A program made the translations under genes and the position numbers. A stretch of DNA of 48,350 nt from Chiloscyllium plagiosum (lineage: Eukaryota): the NCBI RefSeq assembly GCF_004010195.1, contig NW_025215291.1, positions 37,148 to 85,497 of the forward strand, in the 5' to 3' direction. The notes beneath the pieces are model-generated. The model was given only the letters and a program-made list of their open reading frames with translations. It was not told the DNA's origin and made no database searches. Of this stretch, positions 47,005 through 48,350 are shown one piece after another (within the stretch, counting starts at the first letter, position 1; each line of letters begins with the position of its first letter).

Positions 47005-48350
47005 AATTATGTGAGGAGGAACCAGACTGTTCTCAAACTCCATCATCCTTCCAGCCCTACACAGATCTCCATTTCTTTATCTTCCCCACTCACTCATCCT
47101 GTCCAATACCACCATCACGATATCCCCATTTCCTCCTCAGCCTCAGTGCATCTTCTGAATAAACCATCAATTGCGCCTTTGCGACATCTGGATACAACTT
47201 ATCAAGTCCCTTCTACCCACGTATCAATTACACAATAATTGCGCTAGCCTATGTTGAACTTGTTCGCTGCACAGAATCTGTCAGACGGGCAGACACTGCA
47301 TACTGCTTGAGACATTAACACATAATCTAGAGGCACAGAATAATAATGTGTTGATATCTCATGAAGGAAATTGATGTAATTGAAATGAAACTATCATCAT
47401 TTGTGTGAAAAGGTCCATCTGCTTGCTTCATTTCATTCAGAGAAGTCAATGGGTTATCCTTCCCCAGTCACATCTATGCAAACCCATAACAATTTGTTTT
47501 ACTCGTTGCAGTCCTGTGGAACGGCTGAATCAGCCACTCATTTCAAGATCAGTATAACATGCTGTCCTGGCCCGGGCTGTACACATCCCGTGAGAGAAGA
47601 ACAAAAACAAAGTTAGCTCCCTTCCTGTGCCTGTTTTCCTTATTCCTACACTTCATTTCCATTCAGGTGGGTGACTATTCCCTATTTCAAGTGCAAACTT
47701 TCTGTCTGAGTCTCTCCCCAAGAGTGATGTTCATCTCCACGGGCACCTCTGGTGCTGGCTTTACTGATGCTGACATACCGATTTAAGGAACTTTTCAATT
47801 CCACGTCAGTGGCAGTGCATAGAGACGGGATGGGGTTTTACGTCATAATAAATGTAGGGAGACCGGTAAGTGTGGGATAGGAATTATTGTGATCATCGCT
47901 GAGAGTGTGATTGAGGTATTATTTGGGATATTGTTGACATATTTTTTCTCCGTTAAAAGGATTGATCTCATTGCAACAGAGACAGTGTTAAGGAATTTCA
48001 TCAGATTAATCCCTGGGCTGATGTTAAAAATGGAGTGAATAAAGGTTAATCAGCAGCACTGCCAGACAATAAGAGATTATTGCATTGCAACTTGATGGTG
48101 ATGGACAATCACGCATTATGTTCTACACAGACACTGAGAAGATGATAAATTCTATGGCTTGTATTGTTATTATACTCGGATTCATGATTCTGGATATTTA
48201 CGTGCCTCTGAGGATAAAATCTGTGTTCAATTCCTGCCTTAATATTTGGGTCAATCCCTCTTACCTGAGCAGGTCAGTTAACCCATTTTGTTAATGTTAA
48301 TAGGTGATGGTGGCTTGTGTGGAGATTGTTTCCTTCCCACAAAGGGTAGT

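Noticed and set aside
47830..47866. GMGFYVIINVGRP resembling an aspartic-protease (BACE/pepsin) N-terminal strand
   Set aside because: Similarity too short, and no DTG-containing exon found in the window

Overview
Eukaryotic, repeat-dominated DNA with three N-gaps (2231-2730, 18795-18894, 21974-22473). The repeat repertoire points to a cartilaginous fish, probably a carpet/bamboo shark (inference). It includes HE1/V-SINE-type tRNA SINEs, many CR1/HER1 LINE fragments, Neptune- and Poseidon-type Penelope-like elements (PLEs) and a Gmr1-like LTR retrotransposon. I cannot support any intact host protein-coding gene; nearly all track ORFs are transposon remnants or their antisense shadows. Main structures: (1) six recognisable minimal hammerhead-ribozyme motifs at PLE termini, one sitting at an insertion junction and two forming ~90-130 bp stand-alone inserts; (2) a near-full Poseidon PLE with an inverted terminal repeat; (3) an internally deleted SCAN-Gag Gmr1-like element plus a related solo LTR; (4) two gap-adjacent duplications about 2% diverged; (5) a CR1 with 5'-inversion geometry; (6) several minisatellites with conserved-core/variable-linker structure; (7) an unclassified paralogous segment; (8) two NF-kB-motif clusters. 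Boundaries of old repeats are approximate, and family assignments come from recognising motifs by eye rather than from database searches.
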